Shown here: piece after piece, positions 11,558 to 24,389 of the stretch
Layout: every line of letters begins with the position of its first letter
How positions within the stretch are numbered: the stretch's first letter is position 1
NCBI GenBank assembly: GCA_001938485.1
Contig: MQRK01232656.1
Coordinates: forward strand, 1-64,000
DNA length: 64,000 bases
Direction: 5' to 3'
DNA from: Girardia tigrina
Taxonomy: Eukaryota
Translations under genes and position numbers: made by a program
The notes under the pieces: model-generated
What the model was told of the DNA's origin: nothing
The model's database searches: none
The model's input: the letters and a program-made list of their open reading frames with translations, nothing else

Positions 11558-12339
11558 TACAGTACAAATCTTTAAGATGAGATAGAAAAAAAGAATTTTT
11601 AGGAGATCAGCGGCAAATGGAGGCTTACTCTCAAATTAGTTAAAACTTTTAACTTGGAATTGTGTTTCTTATTAATAGATTTTGGACTGGGTTTTCAAAT
11701 TTTGATCAATATTTGTATTAATATTATTACACCATTATTCGCTTCTAAGTGTAAAATATTCGTTTTTAAACATTATTACTAATAATTTATTAGCTATATA
11801 TAAATATTAAAGCTATTCTGTAAAACAGAAAACCAATTATTATTATTCAATAATATCTTAAATTAAATAAATGAATAAATAATTTGTTCTCTTCAAATAA
11901 CTTTATAAAAAGTAAATGTGAAGGACAGGCTCACTCTTAAAATTTTTGAAATAATTAATTTTTATAAAGAATTTCTAAAATGCGGAAATATTTCAAATCA
12001 AAAGTTTTCTAAGCAACTATAATTAAAAAAAATATATCTTAATTAATATTAAAAAGTTATTTTCGAAAATAATCGAATTTCAATTGTAGAGGAAAAACTT
12101 AAAATGAAATTAATTGGGGAATAATGGATTTTTAAATAAATGATTTAAAAGAAATATATACAGACAATAAAGATGTTTGTATTAATTTTAAAAGTTATTC
12201 TGAAAAATAAAATAATGAACTTTTGTTGCCAGAGATGTAAATTCAAAAAAAAACAGATAATTTTAAATTTTAAAGTCAGTTTGAAATTCTGAAAATTAAA
12301 GATTTGACAAATACTTAATACTAAACAGTTTTCGTAAAC

Positions 12340-14549
12340 TCAGGTGCCGGCTTTGTTCCGTCACAGTTGCAGGCGTTGCCGACGATGATCGTCACCGTAA
12401 ATGACAGGTCGGCCATTGCGTTGATTGATTCGGGTTGTTCGAAAACGGTTGTTTTAAAAGGGTTAGTTAGTGATTGTATGTTGTTTTCTGACGGAGAAGT
12501 ATGGTTTTGGCGAATGGAAAGGGTGTTAGAGTGGGTTCGGGTGAAATGCGGCTGACTCTAAATGGCAGGATCCTTAGGGTGGAATGTTCGGTCATGGAAC
12601 ATTTGTCATATGGTCTAGGGATCTTAATAGGTATGGATGTCATAGGAAAATTTGGTGGCGTGAGAATTAATAAGGGTGTTTATGAGTTCGATGAAGAAGA
12701 AATTAAAGGGACAAATAGTAGCTTGAGTTGTACTGCATCGAATGCTCCTCTTGTTAGCATAAAAAAGCAAAATTTTGAGATTGAGTTTATTGAAAATTGG
12801 TCGATTAAATGGAATTGGAAAAGTGAGGCTCCGAGTCATCTTCCGAATCGTCAGTCAGTTTTTAAGGACAGCAAATTAAAAGATGTTGCAACATTGAAAG
12901 TTTTAGACGGTTGGGTAGAAATAGGTTGTATAATCGAGTACAATGAGAAATAAATGGGTAAATCGATAGGATCCCTACCGATATTTGGAATGTTGCAAGA
13001 CAAGACCCATTTTTGATTTTAGAAAATTAAACAATTATATGGACATTTATAGTGGTTCGGCGGATATATGTTTAGAAAAGCTCCGCGATTGGCAACATAG
13101 GGGTTCGACTTTTTCAATACTTGATTTGTCAGAGGTGTACATGCAGATTCATGTTAATAAGGAGATGTGGCGTTACCAATCTTGTATCATTAACAACAAG
13201 AAATATGCTTTAACTAAGATGGGTTTTGGTTTAAACATTGCACCAACTATAATGACCGAAATCGTCAGGTGGATTCTGAACTCTGACACCAGGATGCTTG
13301 AAAATATTGATGATAATTATGTAAATGAAAGTTTCATTTATGTTGAAGAAGTAGAAAAAGTTTTCAATAACTTCGGTCTCAAATGTAAGAAACCTGAAAA
13401 TCTGTCACAAGCCAACGAAGTTCGAGTTTTAGGAATGAAAGTCTTTATGGACCAACATAGAGCGAGATGGAAGAGGGATAATCAGGTAAAGGATGAGCTG
13501 GATGAGGAATCAATTTCACGTCGTGAGTTATATTCGTACAAATACAATTATTTGAGAAGATTAAATGGGTTTTAAAGACAGTGAGGGAGAGTGATACTTG
13601 CGGATGTTACAAAGTACAATCAACAAAAATTGTTAAGTGTAATCGATTGTGGTTCTTCTCGCTTTGCGATAAGGAAATTAATTTAGGCTGAAGACGTCAA
13701 GTCAATTGTCTCTGAATTCTCAAGTTTTTTTTGTGAACGCGAGTCTCCCAAGGAACTAATTATCGATAATTATACCACATTTCATTCGGTAGAATTCAAC
13801 AAGCTAATGGAAAAGTGTCATGTATCGAGTCATGTATCGTGCTATCAATCGACCTACCTGCAACGGAATAATAGACAGGAATCACATAATAATCAAAAAA
13901 ATTGCGTCCAGATCAAATATCAGCATATTGGAAGCTTTGTGGTGGTATAATAACACGTCATCTGAAGAAAAAGAAACACCAAGCTCGGTGCTGTATAGTT
14001 ATTTGCCCATAAGGCTAGATATAATTGAAAGAAGTGAAAAGGAACCGTTTTGTGGAAATCTAGATTATATTGAGAATCAATTAGTGTGGGTAAAACCGGA
14101 AAATAGTACACCATGTACACAGCAATGGACCAAAGGTGTTGTCGTGAAAAGAATAGATCAAAGGAAATATCTAGTAAATTGCAAGTTGTAATTTGCAACG
14201 GATTTTGCGGTCCAAGACATATTGCAGACATTCGACCTAGACAGTCTGACTTGGTTGAAAATTGCAAGTCATACTATATGAATATGGAGGAAACTGCATC
14301 ACTACCTGACAATCAAACACAAGAGGAACAATCATTGAACAGTAGGCCTAGTAGAGAAAGACGAATACTGTCTTATCTAAATGATTACATTGTGGATTCA
14401 GATTCTTCTGTGGACAAATCTGGTGGGAATGTTGGATATTAGATATTTTGATTATTTAAAATATTTAATATTTACTTTTTCTGATAAATATTTTGTTTAA
14501 ATATTATTAATTAAACAGTGTTTTGAAAATAATCTTTTCGCGTGTTACA
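12340..14549 (+). mobile_element. Gypsy LTR retrotransposon, 5'-truncated and degenerate
   Basis: Protease ALIDSGCS (12367), RT (RPIFDFRKLN, LDLSEVYMQI, MGFGLNIAP, IDDN; 12985-13575), integrase (IIDNYTTF, PTCNGIIDR; 13600-14190). PPT ggtgggaa followed by a putative 3' LTR tgttgg (14430)...ttaca (~14549). Confidence 0.85.
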
Positions 14550-15391
14550 AAAATAAACATTAAAACTTTTATAATTAATGTATTGTAATAATAATAATAA
14601 ATTTGAATATTGTAAATTACTTTTTTGTATTTAAATTTTATTTAAAATTTGTATTGTATTTAAAAATTGTATATTTTTGTATTTAAAATAATTGTAGGAA
14701 ATAAAATGCTTTTAAATTGAAATATTGATAATAAATAAAACGTTAAAATCTTTTATTAATTAAAAACGTTTTCATAAATAAAGTAAAATAACATTAAACT
14801 AATTCTAAAGGAATAAAAAATCATTTTTGTTAATTTAGTAAAAATATGATTACAATAAATTATGTTGATTTTAATTTAAATTAAATTGCATAAAATTGTG
14901 GAATTTAAATTTTCAAAATGAAGAGAATAAAAAACGTCAATTTTAAAATAGCTTATCAGTATTTATAATTCCATATTTTTATATAAAAGGAATCTGGTCA
15001 AAAAGAAAACGAAGAAAAGTTCCTCGACGAAAAATTGTTTATATCATTGTTATTTGTGTTATAAAAAAAATTTTGGTGTTAATGAATCTTAATCTCGATC
15101 AAGAACCCAAGAGTAATATTAAAAAATAATAACTAACAAATAAAGTTGCTGATGATGTAAAAAGAATTGGTAAAACATTTACAATAATCAATTTCTTAAA
15201 AAAGCTTTAACAACATTATTTTTAATAAATATTTCATAAATACTTTTTCATATATATGAAATAAATTTATATCATATTTTCTTTAAAAAATTAGCAAAAT
15301 GCACTAAAAGCGATCAATTACATTCTCTCAGACAAATAATTGAGAAAACAATATGTTTTTACAATCGTTCCATACTTTATAAAGTAACGGA

Positions 15392-15830
15392 TATTAACAA
15401 CATCAATATGATTTATAAAACTTTTATTAACACCAAAATCAGAATTGTTAGGACAACAATTATTCAAAAGTCTTTCGCTATTTGACATTTTCTCGATTAA
15501 AATTTTTCTGAATTCAAACTAATTTATCAATAAATGAAGAAGTTTTTATATCAATTATTAATTATAAAGATTCTAATTGGTTAAAATTAAATCTAAACAT
15601 TTTATAAAAAAAACATATTAAATTAATATATTAAATTATAAATTCCATTAAAAATTAAATATTACATTCGAAAATTATTTTAAATCATTTTACTTTAAAA
15701 TTAAATTAAATTATTTTTAATTATTAGGAATTAAAGAAAATACCAATCAGCCATCTGGGTAGGAGAGACATAATCCGAATCAACATACAACATGCACAAT
15801 ATCAACAATCGATTCAAAACATTCCTCCCA
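15392..15830 (-). mobile_element. Family A solo-LTR-like element
   Basis: 439 bp, tattaac...attcctccca, with exact 5-bp TSD acgga (15387-15391, 15831-15835) and the conserved ccatctgggtaggagag box. Confidence 0.75.
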
Positions 15831-16320
15831 ACGGAGACATATGATAAAGATGACAATTGACAGCCAACCAAAATATAATCTTTGAGATGAAAATTCTCAC
15901 ATTCAATGCAATCAACCCAATTTTAGCCTTCAAATCAAACCAAAAACAAACCGAAATCTCATCGATGCAATTCGACTGAAATGTCAGACCAAATGACAAT
16001 CTGAGAAAACAGTGTGTTTTCTCAACTGTTCCAGATTTGAAACTGATGAAACTAAGTATAATAACACATTTAGTCAGTTCAAAACAGTCACACATCGGCA
16101 AATAACATTTCATTTTGAATTATTTCATTCTTTCAATGTTGCTCACTAAATTATTTATTTTTTCGTCAAAATATAAACATCATAAAGTAAAATCTATATA
16201 TAAGGGATAAAAATAAGATGATAAGTTTCGAGATTGGAATTGATCGTGTTTAGTTCATTTTGTTTAATTTTTAGGAAAAATTAAATCAATTAATTTAAAC
16301 CAATAATTAATTGGTTAAAT

Positions 16321-17808
16321 TGATAAAACGAAGTCCGGATGAAAATCTTCTTTTAATAACCAAAGTCATCCATTTAAAAATATATTTTAAGACAATATAT
16401 TTCGATATAAAATATGGACCTAAACATTCAATAAAATCAAAATTTGATAAATTAAAATTTCAATCAAAGATTGAAGCAATGTATGGCTATTATTTATCTA
16501 ATATTTCTTATTTTCATAGTTTTGATTTCGGATATTTTAAGCATGTTTTGAATAAAAATACTTCAGATTATCTAAATCAAAATTTTAAGCCAAATAACAA
16601 AGATTTTATGATTTTAAAAAATCTATCTAAGAAAAATATTAATGTATGTAAATTTGATTTAGTCGTTTTAAATAAGGAGGATATGTGAATAAAATGATTG
16701 ATGTTCTCAAAGGGCCACGATTTATGAAAATTAAAAATCAGGCTGATGTACTTCCATTTTTAAATTTTATGAATTCGTTACATTCAAATGTTACTTTCAC
16801 AGTTGAAAATGAAAAGAATGGAGTCTTACCTTTTCTGGATCTTTTGGTTGAAAGAAAATCTCTTGGTTACGAGACTGGAATTTATAGGAAGTAAACTGAT
16901 ACAGGTTTATATACTTCACCAGATAGTGTTTGTGAACTTAAGTATAAAAGAAACATGATTAAAGGTTTAATTTATCGCTCCTGGTCGTTGTCTTCCCTTT
17001 TGTTAAATCTGTAGAAAGTGTTAATAAACTAAGTTTGTTGTTAAATAAGAATGGTTATTCTAAATCTTTTCTAGAAAAATTAATAAAGGAAACAGTAGAT
17101 AAAATACTTTTGAAAGATTTTTCGAAAAATCAGAGTTTGGCTTCTCCTGATGGATCTAAGAAAGAAATCGAAGGATCATTAGATATGAATAATATGCCTA
17201 AATATTGTTTAATTGTACCTTATTCCGAAGGATTTAAAAATTTTAAAAATGCATTGTTAAAAGCAACTAACAATGAATTAAATTTAAAAATTATATCTCG
17301 ATCTCATAAAATTCAAAATATGATCAGTAATAAATCTATTACACCTTTAACACTTTGTTCTGATATTGTTTATGAATATAAATGTAATGGGTGCGATGCC
17401 ACATACATTGGAGAGACTGCCCGTCATGTCTGTAAACGAATTCAAGAACATGGTCGAAAAGAGAGTAAGAGTAATATTGCAGAACATAGGAAAAAATGTA
17501 AATGTGATGTTAATTTTGATAATTTCAAAATTCTGTGTAAGCATTTTGACAGTTATTGGGAGAGAGTGTCGTGTGGAGCATTGTTAATAAGGTCACGTTG
17601 CCCTAAAATCAATGTTCAATCAGCAGTCTCAACCAGCTTATTGAGAATTTTTGATTAGCATGATTTCATGCAATCGATTACATAATCATCATTTTTGTAT
17701 TTATATACAGCTGAATTGATTATTAATTAGTGACCTGAAGATGATGGTAGATCCGTCGAAATATATTGTCTTAAAATATATTTTTAAATGGATGACTTTG
17801 GTTATTAA
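16321..17808 (+). mobile_element. Penelope-like retroelement (RT remnant + GIY-YIG endonuclease), internally deleted
   Basis: RT thumb (LHSNVTFTVENEKNGVLPFLDLLV..GIYRK) and GIY-YIG (IVYEYKCNGCDATYIGETARHVCKRIQEH); the RT palm/YVDD is missing. A 53-bp inverted pseudo-LTR segment links 16353-16405 and 17756-17808. Flanking direct repeat attaattggttaaat (16306-16320, 17804-17818). Confidence 0.9.
17732..17770 (+). ncRNA. Minimal type I hammerhead ribozyme motif in a Penelope pLTR
   Basis: gac-CTGAAGA-t-gatgg-tagat-ccgtc-GAAA-tata-TT-gtc: core boxes, stem II, palindromic stem III (aatatatt) and stem I gac/gtc. Confidence 0.7.
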
Positions 17809-19148
17809 TTGGTTAAATGTTATTTAATTTGATATGTTTCCGTACAGTGTGCTAGTTTCGTACATGGTGTTGATTGACCTGATGATAAGACTATTCTCAA
17901 AACACGTACTTTTATTTTTGTCCCGTCTACATAGATTTTCCTTTTATTTTAAGATATATATATATATATATATATAAATTATTAGTTTTTATATAGATAT
18001 TGTACATTTTATTGTAGATTTTATTATGAAACAAAAGATTCTTTAAACTTTAACTCTTATTAAAACATGTTTTACAATATATTTTATTTAATTCAAAATA
18101 ATAACTTTAAGTTATGGATAAACTTGGATAAAATAAGCTTTTTTGTTAGGAAAACTTTTGCAAGTTTCGTTTAAATTGAATAATATATGAATTTTGATTT
18201 TTTAATTTATTTTTGGCAAAAAGTTTTGCACTTTAAATGATTTGATCAACTCTATATTAATATTTCAATTTTATTAAATATTTCTGATAATGAATAGATT
18301 AATGATTCAATTAAAAATATTAGAATCTTGTATTATATTAATTTTGCTTTTAAAGTATATATCTGTACGGAAAGACTGGGATTTTTTTTGATATATTGTC
18401 ATCTAGTATTAGAAATTTAAAAACTAATTAACTTATATTATTTAATACATATTTTATTTTGATATTTTTTATTCCCAATTATGAAGAGTTAGTTAAAATT
18501 TTCAATTCGCCGAATAATTTACAATTTTTTTAATTTAAAAATTTAAGAAAAAAATAAATAATTATATAAAAAAGACAGAGTTTAAAATCTGAAAAAAATC
18601 TACATTAAAAAATTCGATACAGACAACTCCGCATATCTCAAATTCTTGGGGACCATAAAAAATTTTTGAGACAAATGATTTTCAACAAAATCAAACATTT
18701 TTAAGTTTATTGTTACAAGTATTTATCAATATCCTTTTTTAATTTTAATTTATATTTTAAATATAAATTATATTAATATCCAGCTTAAAATAATATAAAT
18801 AATGACGTTTACTATTAATCTTACGATTACCAAGAGTTGAAAAAATTGTCCACAACTATTTTTTTCTTAGTAATCACAAGGTTAAACGTTAGAAATATGG
18901 CAAAAATTAACAGAAAAACAAGATACCGTAGAACAATTATATTCTAAAATTAACAATTGTGAAAAAAGTCAATTATCAATCGTTGATACCTTTCGTTTGA
19001 CTTTTGACTAAGGATCTAGTCTTTAATTGTACTGATATGATCAAGAATTTGGTTTGCTTCGGCCTGTTGCAATGCAAAACGTTCCATATCATGATTTGCT
19101 TTTATTGTGATCGTCATGACACCGTTGGACAATCAGAACGTGACTCTT

Positions 19149-19253
19149 TGGATACAGAATTAATTTCAACAAAGGAACTAATTTCACCAAAGGGTAAAGG
19201 GTTAAGGTTAGGGGGATTTCACGTTCATTTGTTGAAATTAGTTCAGTAACCTC
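19149..19253. mobile_element. ~105-bp MITE nested in the pogo-like element
   Basis: Inverted ends ggatacagaattaatttcaacaaa / tttgttgaaattagttcagtaacc; flanking direct repeat tgactctt; internal gggttaaggttaggg. Confidence 0.55.
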
Positions 19254-19553
19254 TGACTCTTCATCACTTGATTCAGTTGCATTTGTACTCTTGTCTTCTT
19301 GAATGCTGTTGACAATACCATTTTCAGATAAAGTTGCAACAGAAACAACATTTTTATCAACATGGTATTTTCAACAACCAATTTAATATATTTACACGTA
19401 ATTAAATATTATTTTAAAAGAAACAATATTTAATTAACGATATTTAACATTCAATTAACATTTTTAATACAAATTTTAGAACAATGTTTTATAAAAAAAA
19501 CTCAATTGTGAAAAATAACAATTTGAGATAAACGATTTATTTGTGTTTGGGCT

Positions 19554-19693
19554 TGTTGTATTATAAGACAAAAGGCGCGCTCAAATTATTTATTATTATT
19601 AAAACAAATTCTACAAAGTAGTACATGAATTATTAATCTAAATTTCTGTAATAACATTTAATCATTCTATTATTAATTATTAATAACGCCACA
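19554..19693. mobile_element. Short solo LTR-like element, family B (copy 2)
   Basis: TG...CA ends, near-identical to 2335-2464; the flanks gggct/gtgcc match only partly. Confidence 0.6.
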
Positions 19694-20592
19694 GTGCCTA
19701 TATAAACGATTTGAGATAAACAATAATTTGAGTTAAACGACTTTAAGATAAACAGTATTGAAACTTATGGAGAAAAAATCGGGACTTTGAAAAAAATTTG
19801 AGATAAGCGATAATTTGATATAAGCGATTTGATATATGCGGGGTTGACTGTATATTTTAATAGAGAAATAATCATGGCGTGTTTTTAAAATAATAATTTT
19901 AAAATAAATAAAAAACAAAATAAAATTTATAATAAAAGACTACTACAAATTATTTTTTAAGAATTTAATTAGGTTAAATAGTTTTACAAAATAATTTGAA
20001 AGAAATTAGATTTTGTATAAATTGAATAACTTTTAAAAATAAAAAGTTTGATTAAATAAAAATTTCAAAAAATGTATTGTAAGCATATAATAAATTAAAT
20101 CGATACAATCAAAATTAGGATATAATTTAGAATAATAATTTAAATGAAATTAATTTAAAATATGGTGGAATAAAAAATTTTTTTAAGAAAATTTGTTTGA
20201 AAATCTAACTTTGTGTTGAATATTTTGTTTTGAATATGAATTGTGAACTTGCTCATTATGAAAATGCCATAAACTTGATTAAGACGAATAGCATGACATA
20301 TTAATTTATTTTTGATATTTTTATTTATTAGAAAATCAAAAATTTTGATAATTAAAATTGAAAAAATTTAGTTTTTCATACAGTGTTGTTAAAAATAATG
20401 TTCATTTTAAAATTTTCAAAACATAAATGTAAATTATTAAAAAAGAAATATAGCTATAAATATATTATTTTATAGAAAAATATTTTAATCTATTTTTTAA
20501 TAAAATAACTAAATTTATTCTTATATTTTTTGTTATTCTTATTTTTTAATAATGCTCAAGATTATATACATTTAGACATTAAATAATTTTAA

Positions 20593-21132
20593 TTCTTTCA
20601 GGACCGGCGGTGCAATTTTTCGTATTGTATCTTGACTTTTTCATCTAAATTGCAATTGGATATGAAAAAGAAACTTTTCTGAATGCCTTAAGGAATCCAT
20701 CAAATGGTACAAGAAAGCTTTTCTTCGTCTACTGGACTTATCAGTTGCAAAATGTAAATACCTTATTCAAATTAGATAATGCGTCATCTCTCTCCTTGAT
20801 TGACCTTCAACTAAAATTAATGAATAATATACTTGAAGATTTTTTCGCTCCCAGAAGTGATAAAGTTGGCTCTTCTGCCCTCGATTTACTTTTCAGACTA
20901 TCAGATAGATATTTTCCTTCACAAATATCACCAAGAAGAAAGTGTTTCGTATGTAGTCATATAAATAAAAGAATGAAAAAAAGAAAATATAGTTGATTTG
21001 AATGTTCATAATCTGATGTTAGATTATGGAGCGACCCTTATTTTAAAGAAAACCACACAATTAAACACTTTTAATGTATATTTTAGATGAAAAAAAATTA
21101 AAAACTTTTCAAAAAAGCCGATCCAGAAAGGG
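20593..21132 (+). mobile_element. piggyBac deletion derivative
   Basis: TTAA on both sides; TIRs ttctttcaggaccggc / gccgatccagaaaggg; transposase C-terminus remnant (KWYKKAF, RLSDRYFP..RRKCFVC cysteine-rich domain). Confidence 0.8.
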
Positions 21133-21234
21133 TTAAAATACTACAAAATACATATTCAATAATAAACATTTAATAATTGGTTATACAATATTATTTTGGT
21201 TTCCGATAGGATTTATTTGGAAGATAGTTATAAG

Positions 21235-21464
21235 CAGGGCTGCGGAGTCAGAGTCGGAGTCAAGGCGTCGGAGTTTAAGGATTTTCGGAGAAGTCAGATT
21301 CAGAGTCAGAGTCTAAGTTGGAGTCATGTAACTCGACTCCGGCCAAAATAATAACAAATATTATAAATTGACCTAAAAAGGAGTCGGAGTCGGAGTTAGA
21401 GTCGAGGGTTAAGTTGAAGTTGGAGTCAGAAGTTAGGCAATTTTAGTCCGACTCCGCAGCTCTG
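21235..21464. mobile_element. hAT-type MITE with GGAGTC hexamer arrays
   Basis: TIRs cagggctgcggagtc / gactccgcagctctg; 8-bp TSD gttataag/gttataac. Confidence 0.8.
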
Positions 21465-21867
21465 GTTATAACAGGGAAAAGTGAAAAAATGTAAGCAATA
21501 AAATAATTGACATCAAAGAACAGTCTACTGCAAATCCCATAAGAAATAAAAAGATTAACTTATATATCCAACATATATAGAACAACATATATAAAACATA
21601 TCCAATAAATTAATTTTCTTCAAAATATGATCAAAGTATTTCATTAAATATTTGCTCAACAGCAAGTTTACCACCTACCTAAATATTATTGGAAATAAAC
21701 AGACTTCAATTTGTCTTCGTTCTCAGATCAGAAAATGGAATACTGAAATGAAACAGCTGGAACATAAGAAAAATATTTTTACGTTTTTGGAAATATTTAA
21801 TTTATTTTATCAATATTAACATTAGACCCAGTGTTAGTAATTGAAATGGATCAAGAAAGTACAGTAG

Positions 21868-21870
<3 letters not shown>

Positions 21871-21914
<44 letters not shown>
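21871..21914. repeat. (TA)n microsatellite
   Basis: About 22 TA units; shorter ones at ~17954, ~39407 and ~59285. Confidence 0.95.
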
Positions 21915-21915
<1 letters not shown>

Positions 21916-23639
21916 TTAATAAGAAATTTAAACAATAATGGATATTAATATAATGGATATTTATTTAATAAAATCCAGCTGGAATTAAAAAATTAATTTA
22001 TTTTTATACTCTTGTAATATAAAGAGAATAATTTGCTGATGATAAATTATTATGAATGATAATTTTTTAAAAGATGTTTTGACAAATATATATTAAAAAT
22101 ATATTTTTAGGTACAAATATATATGTATTTGTACTTAAATATGTACTTAATTAATAGGTGAATATCATATGAAAGACGTGCTTGAGAGATATCTGCCAAA
22201 TATTAGTTTATCTCGAGATCTTCCATTGAAAGATAGGAGGAGGAAAATGAAAACAGAATGATTAGTGCGGTGAAGAGTGAGAAGAAGTCTTCTTGAGGTT
22301 GCTGACAAAGGCCTAAAGAATACGTTGGACTTAACATGATTCAGAGTCTGGTACGGTTTAAGGTTGTTTAAATGATTGATCATGGTTATTCAAACCTTCA
22401 TTGATCGAGATATCTATTCTGAATCATCTAGGATTTCGAAACGGCTTCTTTCTACAATATTTTATGGTTCCATATGTTATGTAGATGTGTTTTTCTAGTT
22501 CCCGTCTTCCTGCAAAGGTATTCATGTTACTTAATTTCTATTATTATACATTAAAAAGTCATTTATACAATCTTGGTGGTCATTATGTCAAAAGTGGAAC
22601 ACAACACTTCGAAATCTATATAAAGGCTTTTAATTTTGAAATTTAAGTAATAGGTTGCAGTTTATAATCAGAATTGCCACTCTTAATGAGATTCAAAAAA
22701 TTTTTGTAGAAGAAAAAACTTATCTTTTATTCTTAAAACACAAACTTTGTGAATACTCACTAACCCAGGCTTTGTGATGAAATTCTTTTCCTTCACTCGT
22801 TGTTTTGCAAGTAATGAAAATATTCCTATTAAAGAAACACACGATAATTATGGGTGAATCAATGTTGAAGAAAAAGTCTATTAAAAAATAATTATCGAAA
22901 AGAATCATTTTTAAGACAATTTATTCGAATCTTAAAGGACAATATATCGATTTAGATAAGAATTTACAATTATTACATAGCTTGCCATATGGAAGTCTAA
23001 TAACGTCGAAAGCTAGTGAGACGAAGGAGAAATTTACGACCGTGAAACCGACAACATCAGTGAAATCTCTAATGAAGTCTAACGTGAAACAGTTGTGGTC
23101 ATCTTCATCTAATTCGTCTAGTAAATTGCAGGATATAAATAAATTAAAAATAAATTCTCAAAAAGACAATGAATTTAAACCAAAGCGTCTTATCACTCCA
23201 AAATCAAAGAACTCCAACACTTCTTCAAATTCTTCAGTTTCTTTAACTCCTTCACTAGAGGAACCAGATGTAATCTTGTGGACAGAATTCCAACAGTTGA
23301 ATTTCTTTGAAACAAAATTTTGATTTTAATCGATCTCTCTTTGGTACACAACACTTTCATACTTGAAATTTTTGAGTTTTTTTTGTTTGCTATTTTTTTC
23401 AGTATTCATTTTCGGTTTTATTTCAATATTTATAAATTAAAATTTCAAGATTGTATAAAAGTTGTTAATAATAGTCTCAAGTTTGTAGTTCTAGGATAAT
23501 TATTTGATATTTTAAATGTCTCTGTTGTCGTTGCTTTTAAAGAATGTCTATTGAAAAATAAAAATAAATAAATAAAAAAAAATAAAGAAAAGAAAGAAAG
23601 AGGTATATTTTGAAAATTAGAAGACGCCATTTTAAAATA

Positions 23640-24090
23640 CACCTTTTTATCAGAGCAATATATTTCGACGGAATATTCGTCATCATCAGGTAATTCTGAT
23701 TCTAGCAGTTAAGCCTTTATATGCTAAAATGATGATTATGTGATTCAATAATGCAATAACTGTTTCACACAAAAACATTCAATAAAGTTGATGAGTCACT
23801 TGATTGGACATTAATTGATGGATTAACCACTTTAATTATTCATGCCTCATACGAGACTCTTTCCCAATAATTTTTAAAATTGCTGCATAAAACTTTAAAA
23901 TTATTTATTTCAACAGACGATTTACAATGTTTTTTATGTTCAGTAATATTACTACTACCATTTAGATGTCCATGCTCACGAACCCGTTTACAGACATACC
24001 GACCTGTCTCTCCAATGTATGTGGCGTTGCACCTATTGCACTCAAATGGAATTTTTTTAAGTTTTATGCAGCAATTTTGAAAATTATTGG
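23640..24090 (-). mobile_element. Penelope-like element 3' fragment (GIY-YIG + pLTR)
   Basis: Minus-strand FECNRCNATYIGETGRYVCKRVREHG...YWERVSYEA*II...INVQS, homologous to the ORF end at 17370-17658. Confidence 0.85.
23649..23700 (-). ncRNA. Minimal hammerhead ribozyme motif in a Penelope pLTR
   Basis: Minus strand atcaga-attac-CTGATGA-t-gacg-aatattc-cgtc-GAAA-tata-TT-gc-tctgat: canonical core, stem II, palindromic stem III and outer atcaga/tctgat pairing. Confidence 0.7.
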
Positions 24091-24389
24091 TTAAAAAATA
24101 AATATGTTATACTGTACAGTGTACACCAACATTTTTTTAGGTTACACTCCGCTGGAAACCTTAAAAAAACCCTGTATATATATAATATTGTATTTCTTTT
24201 AAATAAACGTTTTATTAAAGTTCATTAAAATTAATATTTATGGTGATATTTATTTTTTTTCATATTGTATTTAGTTTTTTAAAGTTTAATAAATTCTGTT
24301 AATCTATTTTTCAGATCTTATATTTAATTCGTTTTGTTTTAAATCTATTTAATTACAAGTTTCATGATTTAAAATGTTATATAAGACAG

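Larger units (their letters stand above)
18620..19850. mobile_element. pogo/Tigger-like non-autonomous DNA transposon
   Basis: TIRs cagacaactccgcatatctcaaat / atttgatatatgcggggttgactg flanked by TA, with subterminal tttgagataa repeats. Confidence 0.7.

Noticed and set aside
9854-18783. tccag at 9854 and tattaata-tccag at ~18779 as TSDs of one 9-kb LTR element
   Set aside because: No second LTR copy at the right end; a 5-mer match over 9 kb is expected by chance.
22982-23323. 113-aa Ser/Lys-rich ORF
   Set aside because: TTG start, low complexity, no recognisable domain or convincing splice context; it lies between TE remnants.
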